Assembly: GCA_040387855.1 (NCBI GenBank)
Contig: JAZKCY010000001.1
Coordinates: forward strand, 592,337-630,792
DNA: 38,456 bases
DNA from: Patescibacteria group bacterium
GTDB lineage: Bacteria; Patescibacteriota; Minisyncoccia; Phycocordibacterales; JAKAEA01
Direction of reading: 5' to 3'
Both the position numbers and the translations under genes were made by a program. Positions 17,854 to 25,074 of the stretch are shown in pieces. Numbering within the stretch: position 1 is the stretch's first letter; each line of letters opens with the position of its first letter. Under the pieces are notes generated by a model. It was not told the origin of the DNA. It did no database searches and saw nothing but the letters and a program-made list of their open reading frames with translations.

Positions 17854-17965
17854 ACTAGTTATATAAAAATGATGCGTTAAATCCCTATGGCGCTGGCCGT
17901 AGGGGTTGTATATCTCTTTGAATAGACAGATTCTAGCATACTTTCTGACAAATTGAACTTACAAA

Positions 17966-18002
17966 TAAAAAAACACGTAGTGAGCCGAAGCAAACTGCGT
18001 GT
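17966..18002 (-). terminator. intrinsic terminator of the csrA-HTH gene
   Basis: On the minus strand ACACG/CGTGT plus an inner helix around a CTTCGG-type loop, followed by T7. Confidence 0.55.
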
Positions 18003-18010
18003 GTATGGTA

Positions 18011-18421
18011 CTACTTTTCCACCTTGATCTTAAGCATCTCCATCTTCCGATCGAGGTCTCCACGGGTGATGTTGAGTGATGCTGCTGCGGCAGAAATGTC
18101 GCCCTTATGACGCAGCAACACCTGCCCGATCAGACGCTTCTCAGCATTGTCCTCATCAATTTGCTTGATGTCAGCAGCCGCTTTCTGAGGCGTTGAGGAC
18201 CCTGCAAGCCGACCAATTCCTGTGAGGTCCTCGGGCCGCACTTGCGCAGCCGCGCGGTTCTCGCGGCGGATGGCATCGTACACCTCTTTGCGGTGAACGC
18301 TGATCTCCCGAGGTGCGGTGATCCCGAGACGAACTTTGTCGCCTCGGATGTCGACGACGGTGACCTCAATATCGTCGCCTATCATCACTGTCTCATCGCG
18401 TTGGCGTGACAGTACTAACAT
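18011..18421 (-). CDS. csrA: CsrA RNA-binding domain fused to a C-terminal Fis/NtrC-type HTH (high-GC cassette)
   Basis: The N-terminus [48 protein letters not shown] aligns residue for residue with CsrA. The C-terminus [39 protein letters not shown] matches the Fis-family HTH pattern. AGGAGG lies 8 nt upstream. Confidence 0.85.
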   Translation of the reverse strand: MLVLSRQRDETVMIGDDIEVTVVDIRGDKVRLGITAPREISVHRKEVYDAIRRENRAAAQVRPEDLTGIGRLAGSSTPQKAAADIKQIDEDNAEKRLIGQVLLRHKGDISAAAASLNITRGDLDRKMEMLKIKVEK

Positions 18422-18496
18422 GTGGCGGTCCTCCTAAACGTGCTTCGCACGCGTGGGGTGCGAAGTGAAACTCCGTTTCAAAGGTTGTCCCGCCAC
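18422..18496 (-). promoter_or_regulatory. structured 5' leader with a GGA-loop hairpin (candidate CsrA autoregulatory site)
   Basis: Minus strand reads GTGGCGG...[GAAAC-GGA-GTTTC]-a-[CTTCGCAC-cccacgc-GTGCGAAG]...AGGAGG-a-CCGCCAC-ATG. The outer 7-bp helix pairs 18490-18496 with 18422-18428, between the SD and the ATG. Confidence 0.45.
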
Positions 18497-18521
18497 GTTG
18501 GCAAGAACAAAACCTAGTTTG

Positions 18522-18549
18522 AAAATAACACTTATATATGAAAAGTCAA
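18522..18549 (-). promoter_or_regulatory. sigma70-like promoter for csrA-HTH
   Basis: Minus strand TTGACT-16 nt-TATTTT. Confidence 0.4.
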
Positions 18550-18575
18550 GAGCTGTCTGTTTTAAAACAAATTAT

Positions 18576-18613
18576 AAAAAAACTGTGAGCATCCCCGGAG
18601 GGACACACACAGT
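18576..18613 (-). terminator. intrinsic terminator of the 140-aa gene
   Basis: Minus strand ACTGTG...CACAGT with an inner TCCC/GGGA helix, followed by T7. Confidence 0.6.
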
Positions 18614-18617
18614 TGTG

Positions 18618-19040
18618 CTACGCCTTTTCAGGCTCGAGCGGGCCGAAGACGAGGGTGTGACCCAGGTCGGGCGACACCAAGAAGAACACGTCTTGCCGTG
18701 AAGCGGGACCCAGGACTTCTCGTCCTGTCAGGATCACCGTGGCGATCAGGTTGACCTTGCAGATCTCCGCTGCCCGCTTGGCGGCAGCGCTGGGATCCTC
18801 CACCTCGAAGCCGATCACGTTGGCCGGGTTGTTGAGCGTGGCGCTCACATCGGCGTTGGTCCGCTCGATGAACACCGGCCGGACCGTGGCCATCTCGAAT
18901 GGCCGGTAGGTGGCCCCGGGGGTCACGTTGGGATTGCCTTCCTCCACGATTTCCCCGATCTCGTTCACGATCCGGCAAACGGCCGCGAGGGCGTTGGGGT
19001 TCACGAAGGTCGGACAAAAACGAACGATTGGCTTTCGCAT
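18618..19040 (-). CDS. hypothetical 140-aa protein (high-GC cassette), upstream neighbour of csrA-HTH
   Basis: AGGAGG lies 7 nt upstream. It has its own promoter and terminator. I recognise no domain. The overlapping R/G-rich frame 18628-19017 is rejected. Confidence 0.55.
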   Translation of the reverse strand: MRKPIVRFCPTFVNPNALAAVCRIVNEIGEIVEEGNPNVTPGATYRPFEMATVRPVFIERTNADVSATLNNPANVIGFEVEDPSAAAKRAAEICKVNLIATVILTGREVLGPASRQDVFFLVSPDLGHTLVFGPLEPEKA

Positions 19041-19087
19041 AGCTACGCCTCCTGGCGTACGGGTTAAGAACTCAAAACACGGTCTAT

Positions 19088-19116
19088 ACTATACCATAAT
19101 ATGTGTATCTAGTCTA
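19088..19116 (-). promoter_or_regulatory. sigma70-like promoter with extended -10
   Basis: Minus strand TAGACT-17 nt-(TGg)TATAGT, 5 nt from the uvrB stop. Confidence 0.4.
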
Positions 19117-19120
19117 CATA

Positions 19121-21163
19121 TTACTTCTTACCCTTCTTTTTACTTCCCTGCTTTTCCAATCTCTCAATAAGCTCTTTTATTTCATCACGTAAAATTGCTG
19201 CAGTTTCAAAATCGAGTTGCTTCACTGCATCATTCATGTGCTTTTCTTTTTCAGCAATTAATTTCTTTGGTTCTTTTTCAAATCGCTTTTCATCTATTTT
19301 GAGCAAATCAAATACTGTCTTTTGATGTTCACTTTTTATATGCTCAGAAATATCATTAATATTTTTAATAATAGTCTTTGGAGTAATATTATGCTTTGTA
19401 TTATATGCAACCTGAATTTCTCGTCGGCGATTTGTCTCACCAATTGCTCGTTCCATTGATCCGGTCATAACATCCGCATAGAGAATTACTCGTCCCAATA
19501 CATTTCGAGCGGCTCGTCCAATTGTCTGAATAAGCGAAGTTTCTGATCGCAAAAAGCCTTCTTTATCTGCATCCAAAATTCCAATAAGCTGCACCTCAGG
19601 CATATCCAAACCTTCTCGAAGTAAGTTGACCCCCACAATTACATCGAACTTTCCTTTTCGGAAATCAGAAATAATTTGGATTCGCTCCATTGTTTTTATT
19701 CCCGAGTGAAGATATTCAGCTTTGATTTTCTTTTCTTTCAGATATTCACTCAAATCTTCAGCCATCTTTTTAGTAAGTGTAGTAGCAATAACTCGCCCAC
19801 CATTCTTAATAGTCTTTTCTGTTTCTTCAATAAAATCAAAAATTTGTCCCTTATAGCTACCCTTTTCTACAACTGGTCGCACAGTAAGCTCAGGATCAAT
19901 TAGTCCTGTAGGTCGAATCACTTGTTCAACAAACACTTCACTCTTTTCCTTTTCGTATTTACCTGGAGTTGCCGATACATACATAGTCTGGCCCACTCGA
20001 GCTTCAAATTCATTAAACTTCATTGGTCTATTATCACGAGCCGAAGGAAGTCTAAAACCATGTTCAATAAGTGTATCTTTTCGAGACTTATCTCCAGCAT
20101 ACATACCATTGAGCTGCGGGACAGTCACATGAGATTCGTCAATCACAGTTAAAAAGTCGGGAGTTCCATCTGCCTTATGAGGAAAATATGCGAGAAGTGA
20201 ATCGGGAGCCTCACCTGATGGTTTACCAGAAAAATGTCGGGAGTAATTTTCAATACCGTTGCAATAACCAATCTCCTGAATCATAGCCAAGTCATAACTC
20301 GTGCGGCGTTTGAGTCGTTCTGCTTCGAGAATCTTTCCCATGGAATTTAGTTCTTCCAAGCGCTCTTTGAGTTCTTTCTTAATAGAAACCACTGCACGTT
20401 CTAATTGTGGTTTGTCGGTAATAAAATGTTTAGCTGGAAATAAGAAAAATGTTTTTACTTCTTCAATAATAGATCGTGTGATTGCATCTATCTTTGTAAT
20501 GCTTTCTATAGTATTTGCAGAAAGTTGGATTTTATAAATAACGTTTTCACTCACTGGCATAATTTCCACAGAGTTTCCAAGTGCTCGAAATACTCCAGGA
20601 TTGAGATCGGCTCCTGTTCGTTCGTAATGAATATCAATAAGCTTTCGAATAAATTCTGCACGTGAAATAGTCATACCTACATCGATACGCATATTTACTT
20701 TTTGATATTCAACTGGACTTCCCAAGCCGTAAATACAAGAAACTGTTGCAACGATCAATACATCTTTGCGTGTTAAAAGAGCCTGTGTTGAGGCATGTCT
20801 CAATCTGTCTATTTCCTCATTGATTTGAGCTTCTTTTTCAATAAAAGTATCAGTAACTGGAAGATACGCTTCAGGCTGATAGTAGTCGTAATATGATACG
20901 AAATAGTGGACTGCATTATCTGGGAAGAATTCTTTAAACTCCTGAGCAAGCTGTGCCGCAAGAGTTTTGTTGTGAGCAATAACAAGGGTCGGTTTTTGAA
21001 TTGCTTGTACTACATTTGCTGCAGTAAAAGTTTTTCCTGATCCAGTTACACCCAAAAGGGTGAGATGCTTCATATCCTTCTTCAATCCATCAACAAGCTT
21101 TTCAATAGCTTTTGGTTGATCTCCGGCGGGTTTATATTCAGATTTAATATTGAATCCTGACAT
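19121..21163 (-). CDS. uvrB: excinuclease ABC subunit B
   Basis: 680 aa. It has helicase motifs (GVTGSGKT, DESH), a beta-hairpin region and a C-terminal UVR domain (LDFETAAILRDEI). TATAGT lies 6 nt upstream of the ATG. Confidence 0.95.
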   Translation of the reverse strand: MSGFNIKSEYKPAGDQPKAIEKLVDGLKKDMKHLTLLGVTGSGKTFTAANVVQAIQKPTLVIAHNKTLAAQLAQEFKEFFPDNAVHYFVSYYDYYQPEAYLPVTDTFIEKEAQINEEIDRLRHASTQALLTRKDVLIVATVSCIYGLGSPVEYQKVNMRIDVGMTISRAEFIRKLIDIHYERTGADLNPGVFRALGNSVEIMPVSENVIYKIQLSANTIESITKIDAITRSIIEEVKTFFLFPAKHFITDKPQLERAVVSIKKELKERLEELNSMGKILEAERLKRRTSYDLAMIQEIGYCNGIENYSRHFSGKPSGEAPDSLLAYFPHKADGTPDFLTVIDESHVTVPQLNGMYAGDKSRKDTLIEHGFRLPSARDNRPMKFNEFEARVGQTMYVSATPGKYEKEKSEVFVEQVIRPTGLIDPELTVRPVVEKGSYKGQIFDFIEETEKTIKNGGRVIATTLTKKMAEDLSEYLKEKKIKAEYLHSGIKTMERIQIISDFRKGKFDVIVGVNLLREGLDMPEVQLIGILDADKEGFLRSETSLIQTIGRAARNVLGRVILYADVMTGSMERAIGETNRRREIQVAYNTKHNITPKTIIKNINDISEHIKSEHQKTVFDLLKIDEKRFEKEPKKLIAEKEKHMNDAVKQLDFETAAILRDEIKELIERLEKQGSKKKGKK

Positions 21164-21216
21164 GTCGATACTATACAGTTAAATAGACGTTTAATAAAGA
21201 AAAAATAACAGGACAA

Positions 21217-21247
21217 TAAAAAACCGCGACAACTAGGCCGGCGGGTT
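21217..21247 (-). terminator. candidate terminator overlapping the stop of the 118-aa gene
   Basis: Minus strand AACCCGC...GCGGTT (one bulge) followed by TTTTTT. Confidence 0.4.
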
Positions 21248-21589
21248 TGGATCTTTCGGGGGTGCCTCATGGTAGAAGATAATTTGGTCAGTGCCATCTA
21301 CGGCAATGGCACAATTCTCATTCCATGAAATCACCCTCACAATTCGAGCTTCGTTCAGGCGAGAAAAAACTCCGTTGATGGATACAACAGCACCCTTGAA
21401 GAGCGAAACGTTCTCTTCAACAACGGTAACGGTGATCCGATTACTTGGTTGAAAGAACAGAACAAACGCATCCTCGGGGCTATTGATGTCGTAGTACTTT
21501 CCCTCCTTGAGCTTGGTTGAGGACGTGACAGGAATAGTACGCTTTTTCGGCACGAATCGTTTTACAAACTTGTTTACTCTAGCAGGCAT
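21233..21589 (-). CDS. hypothetical 118-aa protein (GC-elevated cassette)
   Basis: The start at 21589 (MPARVNKF...) is preceded by GGAAGGGAGG. The track start 21619 lies in the promoter/leader. No domain recognised. Confidence 0.5.
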   Translation of the reverse strand: MPARVNKFVKRFVPKKRTIPVTSSTKLKEGKYYDINSPEDAFVLFFQPSNRITVTVVEENVSLFKGAVVSINGVFSRLNEARIVRVISWNENCAIAVDGTDQIIFYHEAPPKDPNPPA

Positions 21590-21608
21590 AGGCCTCCCTT
21601 CCTCGAGC

Positions 21609-21638
21609 AATATAACCACAAGTTTAGAACTTTATCAA
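21609..21638 (-). promoter_or_regulatory. sigma70-like promoter
   Basis: Minus strand TTGATA-17/18 nt-TTATAT/TATATT. Confidence 0.35.
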
Positions 21639-21653
21639 ATAAAAAATCGTAAC

Positions 21654-21926
21654 CTAGTGGAGCTTTCCCCACGCAGCTACGATTATGTCATCTCGACTTA
21701 CTTGTCCAAGATCAACGACCTTTCCATCCAACGCAACTTCAAGACCTATTGTCCCACTACAAAGGACTTCTTCAATAGGATACTTAACTTTGAGTTGGTG
21801 CTCTGGAGTCACCACGTATGTCACTGTTTGCCCAAGGCACGTTACATTGACTTCGCGATAACGCCTGAGTCTGATCTGCGGCATCAAACCTATCAATGCC
21901 ACACCCTCCTTTACATATGGTTGCAT
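21654..21926 (-). CDS. hypothetical 90-aa protein (GC-elevated cassette)
   Basis: AGGAGG lies 4 nt upstream of the ATG. The sequence looks beta-rich. No domain recognised. Confidence 0.5.
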   Translation of the reverse strand: MQPYVKEGVALIGLMPQIRLRRYREVNVTCLGQTVTYVVTPEHQLKVKYPIEEVLCSGTIGLEVALDGKVVDLGQVSRDDIIVAAWGKLH

Positions 21927-21945
21927 ACAACCTCCTGCTGATGTA

Positions 21946-21974
21946 GTTATACTCCTTTAAAACGACAAGTCAAA
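21946..21974 (-). promoter_or_regulatory. sigma70-like promoter
   Basis: Minus strand TTGACT-16 nt-TATAAC. Confidence 0.4.
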
Positions 21975-22013
21975 ATATAAATGTGTATAAAAAAAGACCG
22001 CCTTGCGACGAGT

Positions 22014-22598
22014 CTAGTATGGAGGCTTTTCTCCGCGCTTCCACCAGTCTGCAGGATCTGGAGGTTTGGTCTGAGGAGGAGGTGGTGCCTCTTCATTTGG
22101 CCTTTTGGTTTCCTCGCTCGCACGGTCTTGAGCGCCCGCAAGTGCACTCATAAAGATTGACTCTGATTGAACGAGGAGATGTTTGTCACTACCCGTAAAC
22201 GTCCCACCTTGTCGTTTGTGGCGAAACACCAAAAGGACTCCACTGACACTTCCCAACGATGTGAGCCTCATTGCGATCACATCGTTGTCTGCCAAGGCGC
22301 GTAGATGTGAAAATCTCCGCCGACTAGCCGAGAGCGTCACGAGCCCTTCATGAATAGCTCGTGACACCACCACATGCTCCAAAGCGGAGAGTACATCCTT
22401 CGTCTTTGGCACAGTGTGTTTGAAGTATGCCACATTCTCAAAGTGACCCTTTTCCTGCTTGAGCCACAAAGCAATGTTGAGCCCCCTCAAATTCCGAATT
22501 ATCCAATCCATGTAGATTGCAACAACTCGTTGAGGATTGGGATTGGAGGAAGCCAACAGCATGTTAACAAGCTGAACGATACGCTCTGCGTCGCTCAT
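22014..22598 (-). CDS. GAF-like domain protein with Pro-rich C-terminal tail (GC-elevated cassette)
   Basis: 194 aa. The segment ...GVLLVFRHKRQGGTFTGSDKHLLVQSESIFMSAL resembles the C-terminal half of GAF domains. The tail is EEAPPPPQTKPPDPADWW. GGAG lies 7 nt upstream. Confidence 0.55.
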   Translation of the reverse strand: MSDAERIVQLVNMLLASSNPNPQRVVAIYMDWIIRNLRGLNIALWLKQEKGHFENVAYFKHTVPKTKDVLSALEHVVVSRAIHEGLVTLSASRRRFSHLRALADNDVIAMRLTSLGSVSGVLLVFRHKRQGGTFTGSDKHLLVQSESIFMSALAGAQDRASEETKRPNEEAPPPPQTKPPDPADWWKRGEKPPY

Positions 22599-22631
22599 GA
22601 AAAAACTCCGGTTAGAACTACTGCTGGCTAA

Positions 22632-22660
22632 ATTAAACCATACCTATATCTCTATAGCAA
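22632..22660 (-). promoter_or_regulatory. sigma70-like promoter with extended -10
   Basis: Minus strand TTGCTA-17 nt-(TGg)TTTAAT. Confidence 0.35.
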
Positions 22661-22675
22661 ATAAAAAATATTTAT

Positions 22676-23902
22676 TTATGTTTTATACTCTTTCAAAAAG
22701 TTAGTCTTATATTCCTCAAAATCTCCATCAATAATAGCTTGTCGCATGCCTTTTACGAGCTTCACTAAGAAATGCAAATTGTGCACAGATGCCAATGTTC
22801 CAGCGAGCATTTCTTTTGCCTTAAATAAATGAGCTATATACGCTTTAGTATAATTTTTACAGGCATAACACGCGCAGTCGTCTTCAATTGGAGTAAAGTC
22901 TGTTGTGTATTCTGCATTGCTAATATGTATCTTCCCTGCTTTTGTGTAAATAGTTCCGTTGCGACCTAAACGAGTTGGTGTCACGCAATCAAAAAGATCA
23001 CAGCCATTCTCAACTGCTCCAAATAAATCTAAGGGCTCACCAATACCAAGAAGATGACGTGGCTTTTCTTCAGGCAAAATTCCATTCACCCACTCTACAA
23101 CTGTATTCATATCTTCTTTTGCAAATGATCCTCCAATACCAAAGCCATCAAATTTTTTGCCATCCACTTCCATATCTGCAAGTACGCGTGCACTTTCTTT
23201 TCGTAAAGATTCCTCTCGTCCTCCCTGTACAATTCCAAAAAGTGCTTGACCAGTATTTGCCTTCACATGATATTCCAAACTTTTCTTTGCCCAGCGATGA
23301 GTTCTATCTAAGGCCTTTGCTTGATAATGAATAGACTCTTCTGGCGATGTACATTCATCAAATGCAAAAATCATATCTGCACCAAGATTGTGCTGAATCT
23401 GCATGGATTTTTCAGGAGTAAAATAGTGAGCGTCACCATTTAAATGAGATCGAAACATCACGCCGTCGTGATCGATTTCTACTAATCTAGGTTTCTTCTC
23501 TTCTTCATCCTGATCATTCCCAGCTTCTGGCAATAATAATTCTTTGCTCTTTTTTGTATTAGAAATCTTTCCTAAGTTATTTCCATATGCAGCACCCAGA
23601 GAGAAAACTTGAAATCCTCCTGAATCAGTCATGGTAGGTCCATGCCAGTTCATAAATTTTCCAAAGCCTCCTGCAGCTTTTACAATCTCATCTCCAGGCT
23701 GCAAGAAAAGATGATAGGTATTTGCAAGAACAACTTCAGCACCAACAGAAGCAACCATCTCTGGAGTTAATGCTTTAACTGTAGCTTTTGTGCCTACTGT
23801 TACAAATGCTGGAGTATTAATGACGCCATTTGGAGTTTCAATAGTACCTACGCGGCCCATTTTGCCTTCAAGTTTCTTTAAAATAGTGAATTGTATACCC
23901 AT
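22676..23902 (-). CDS. tgt: tRNA-guanine transglycosylase (queuine tRNA-ribosyltransferase)
   Basis: 408 aa. Motifs TPAFVTVGT, TDSGGFQVFSL and GLGIGEP-like (LLGIGEP), plus the zinc site CxCxxC...H (CACYACKNYTKAYIAHL). It has an acidic insertion around aa 105-145. Confidence 0.9.
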   Translation of the reverse strand: MGIQFTILKKLEGKMGRVGTIETPNGVINTPAFVTVGTKATVKALTPEMVASVGAEVVLANTYHLFLQPGDEIVKAAGGFGKFMNWHGPTMTDSGGFQVFSLGAAYGNNLGKISNTKKSKELLLPEAGNDQDEEEKKPRLVEIDHDGVMFRSHLNGDAHYFTPEKSMQIQHNLGADMIFAFDECTSPEESIHYQAKALDRTHRWAKKSLEYHVKANTGQALFGIVQGGREESLRKESARVLADMEVDGKKFDGFGIGGSFAKEDMNTVVEWVNGILPEEKPRHLLGIGEPLDLFGAVENGCDLFDCVTPTRLGRNGTIYTKAGKIHISNAEYTTDFTPIEDDCACYACKNYTKAYIAHLFKAKEMLAGTLASVHNLHFLVKLVKGMRQAIIDGDFEEYKTNFLKEYKT

Positions 23903-23997
23903 AGGTACACACTATAAGAATATGTTGGGTTATGCAAGGTAAACGGGCTCATCAATATCTTAATAGAAAATTCATGATGGATTTTGTATAAATACTC

Positions 23998-24025
23998 TTG
24001 ACCTCGTCGATAAGAGGTATATACT
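23998..24025 (+). promoter_or_regulatory. sigma70-like promoter
   Basis: TTGACC-16 nt-TATACT. Confidence 0.45.
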
Positions 24026-24031
24026 TTTTGA

Positions 24032-24118
24032 TAGCAGTTCCCCGGCACTATGGACAGTGTCGGACGCCCAAGCACCAGGCGTTGTAAACCAAGAGGTGCA
24101 TCTCGAGGAGTGTTTTAC
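24032..24118 (+). promoter_or_regulatory. structured GC-rich 5' leader (three consecutive hairpins)
   Basis: CCGGCACT/AGTGTCGG (24042-24063), ACGCC/GGCGT (24064-24082) and TGTAAA/TTTACA (24083-24119). The last helix encloses the GAGGAG SD and reaches the start codon. Confidence 0.35.
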
Positions 24119-24289
24119 ATGCGTCCCACCACCGCCCACGACGTGATTCGTTCCCGCATCGAGCCCGCTGTCACCCAGCCGGCACCGTCGGTCATCGTTC
24201 ACCCGGACACCGTGGAGACCTACCCCAAGGACCACGTGCCGGGTCGGGAGAGCACCATGCCCTCCCACACCAAGTACTCCGGCGACTGA
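24119..24289 (+). CDS. 56-aa hypothetical peptide (high-GC cassette; below the ORF-track cutoff if started here)
   Basis: MRPTTAHDVIRSRIEPAVTQPAPSVIVHPDTVETYPKDHVPGRESTMPSHTKYSGD. GAGGAG lies 8 nt upstream. The alternative SD-less start at 24050 gives 79 aa. Confidence 0.45.
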   Translation: MRPTTAHDVIRSRIEPAVTQPAPSVIVHPDTVETYPKDHVPGRESTMPSHTKYSGD

Positions 24290-24346
24290 TCGCCCGCAAG
24301 CCGGCGCGTCAGCCAGTTCACAGCGAGCCTAGCTCGCACAAACAAA

Positions 24347-24386
24347 GAGGACCCCGCAACACGTTGCGAAGGCCCTCATTTTTTTT
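24347..24386 (+). terminator. intrinsic terminator
   Basis: GAGGACCCCGCAAC-ac-GTTGCGAAGGCCCTC followed by ATTTTTTTT. Confidence 0.7.
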
Positions 24387-24403
24387 GCTATTTTTTATAT
24401 CAC

Positions 24404-24631
24404 TTAGGCTACCTTTTCTGCAGGACCAGCTTCTTCGTCTGATTCTTCATTTTCAATCTTCCATGGGTTGTTTCCTACTGGAGCATTGATATCATCTACT
24501 GTTCCAATATCATCAGAAGGTGCGAGATCAATTTTTCCTATAACGTCTTTACCCTCTGCTTCTGAAATTTTTCGTTCAGCATCGTTATCAATTTCTGCTG
24601 CACCTCCCATATTCTTCATTTCTTCTGACAT
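24404..24631 (-). CDS. small acidic hypothetical protein
   Basis: 75 aa, D/E-rich. It lies downstream of the FKBP gene on the same strand. Backbone composition. Confidence 0.4.
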   Translation of the reverse strand: MSEEMKNMGGAAEIDNDAERKISEAEGKDVIGKIDLAPSDDIGTVDDINAPVGNNPWKIENEESDEEAGPAEKVA

Positions 24632-24657
24632 ATATTTTTATATTATTTTAGTAACTA

Positions 24658-25035
24658 TTATTTAACGTCCATCAACTCAACTTCAAATAGAAGTGTTGAA
24701 TTTGCTGGAATTGGACCAACGGCTTGAGCTCCGTATCCTTTTTCTGGTGGAATTACGAGATTCTTCTTTTCTCCAACTTTCATACCAAGAATTCCCTCTT
24801 CCCATCCCTTAATAACCATACCTGCACCAAGAACAAATTCAATAGGTTCACCACGGTCTCGAGAACTATCAAATTTTGTACCGTCCTGAAGCGTACCAAC
24901 ATAGTGCACGCTCACTGTTTTTCCATTTTCTGCAATCTTAGGCATACTGCGTGAGTAAATTATTGGGACGACAATGGCTAGGACTACTAATAATCCAAAA
25001 CCTAAGGTAATCCACTCTATTTTTGATAATTTCAT
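24658..25035 (-). CDS. membrane-anchored FKBP-type peptidyl-prolyl cis-trans isomerase
   Basis: N-terminal TM segment followed by VSVHYVGTLQDGTKFDSSRDRGEPIEFVLGAGMVIKGWEEG...LLFEVELMDV. Confidence 0.85.
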   Translation of the reverse strand: MKLSKIEWITLGFGLLVVLAIVVPIIYSRSMPKIAENGKTVSVHYVGTLQDGTKFDSSRDRGEPIEFVLGAGMVIKGWEEGILGMKVGEKKNLVIPPEKGYGAQAVGPIPANSTLLFEVELMDVK

Positions 25036-25074
25036 ACCTGGCTATTGTATCACATATGCTATACTAATTTCACT

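Noticed and set aside
18130-19017. ORFs 18130-18369 (-), 18453-18701 (+), 18628-19017 (-) and 18910-19170 (+)
   Set aside because: They are out-of-frame or antisense shadows of the csrA-HTH and 140-aa genes. The ORF at 18453-18701 would run through the csrA promoter and the upstream terminator.
18618-19040. Calling the 140-aa protein FliW (the CsrA antagonist) on positional grounds
   Set aside because: The sequence shows none of the FliW pattern I remember (for example the PF..LQS-type motif). Position alone is insufficient.
21507-22631. ORFs 21507-21941 (+), 21947-22147 (-) and 22374-22631 (+), plus the 21082-21297 (-) ORF
   Set aside because: They are antisense or alternate frames spanning promoters and terminators of the three cassette genes, or the uvrB start region. 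Their sequences look like junk.
23972-24268. 98-aa minus-strand ORF, and the 79-aa version of the plus ORF starting at 24050
   Set aside because: The minus ORF is an antisense shadow with no signals. The ATG at 24050 lies in a hairpin loop with no SD, whereas the ATG at 24119 has GAGGAG at 8 nt. The longer form remains possible.
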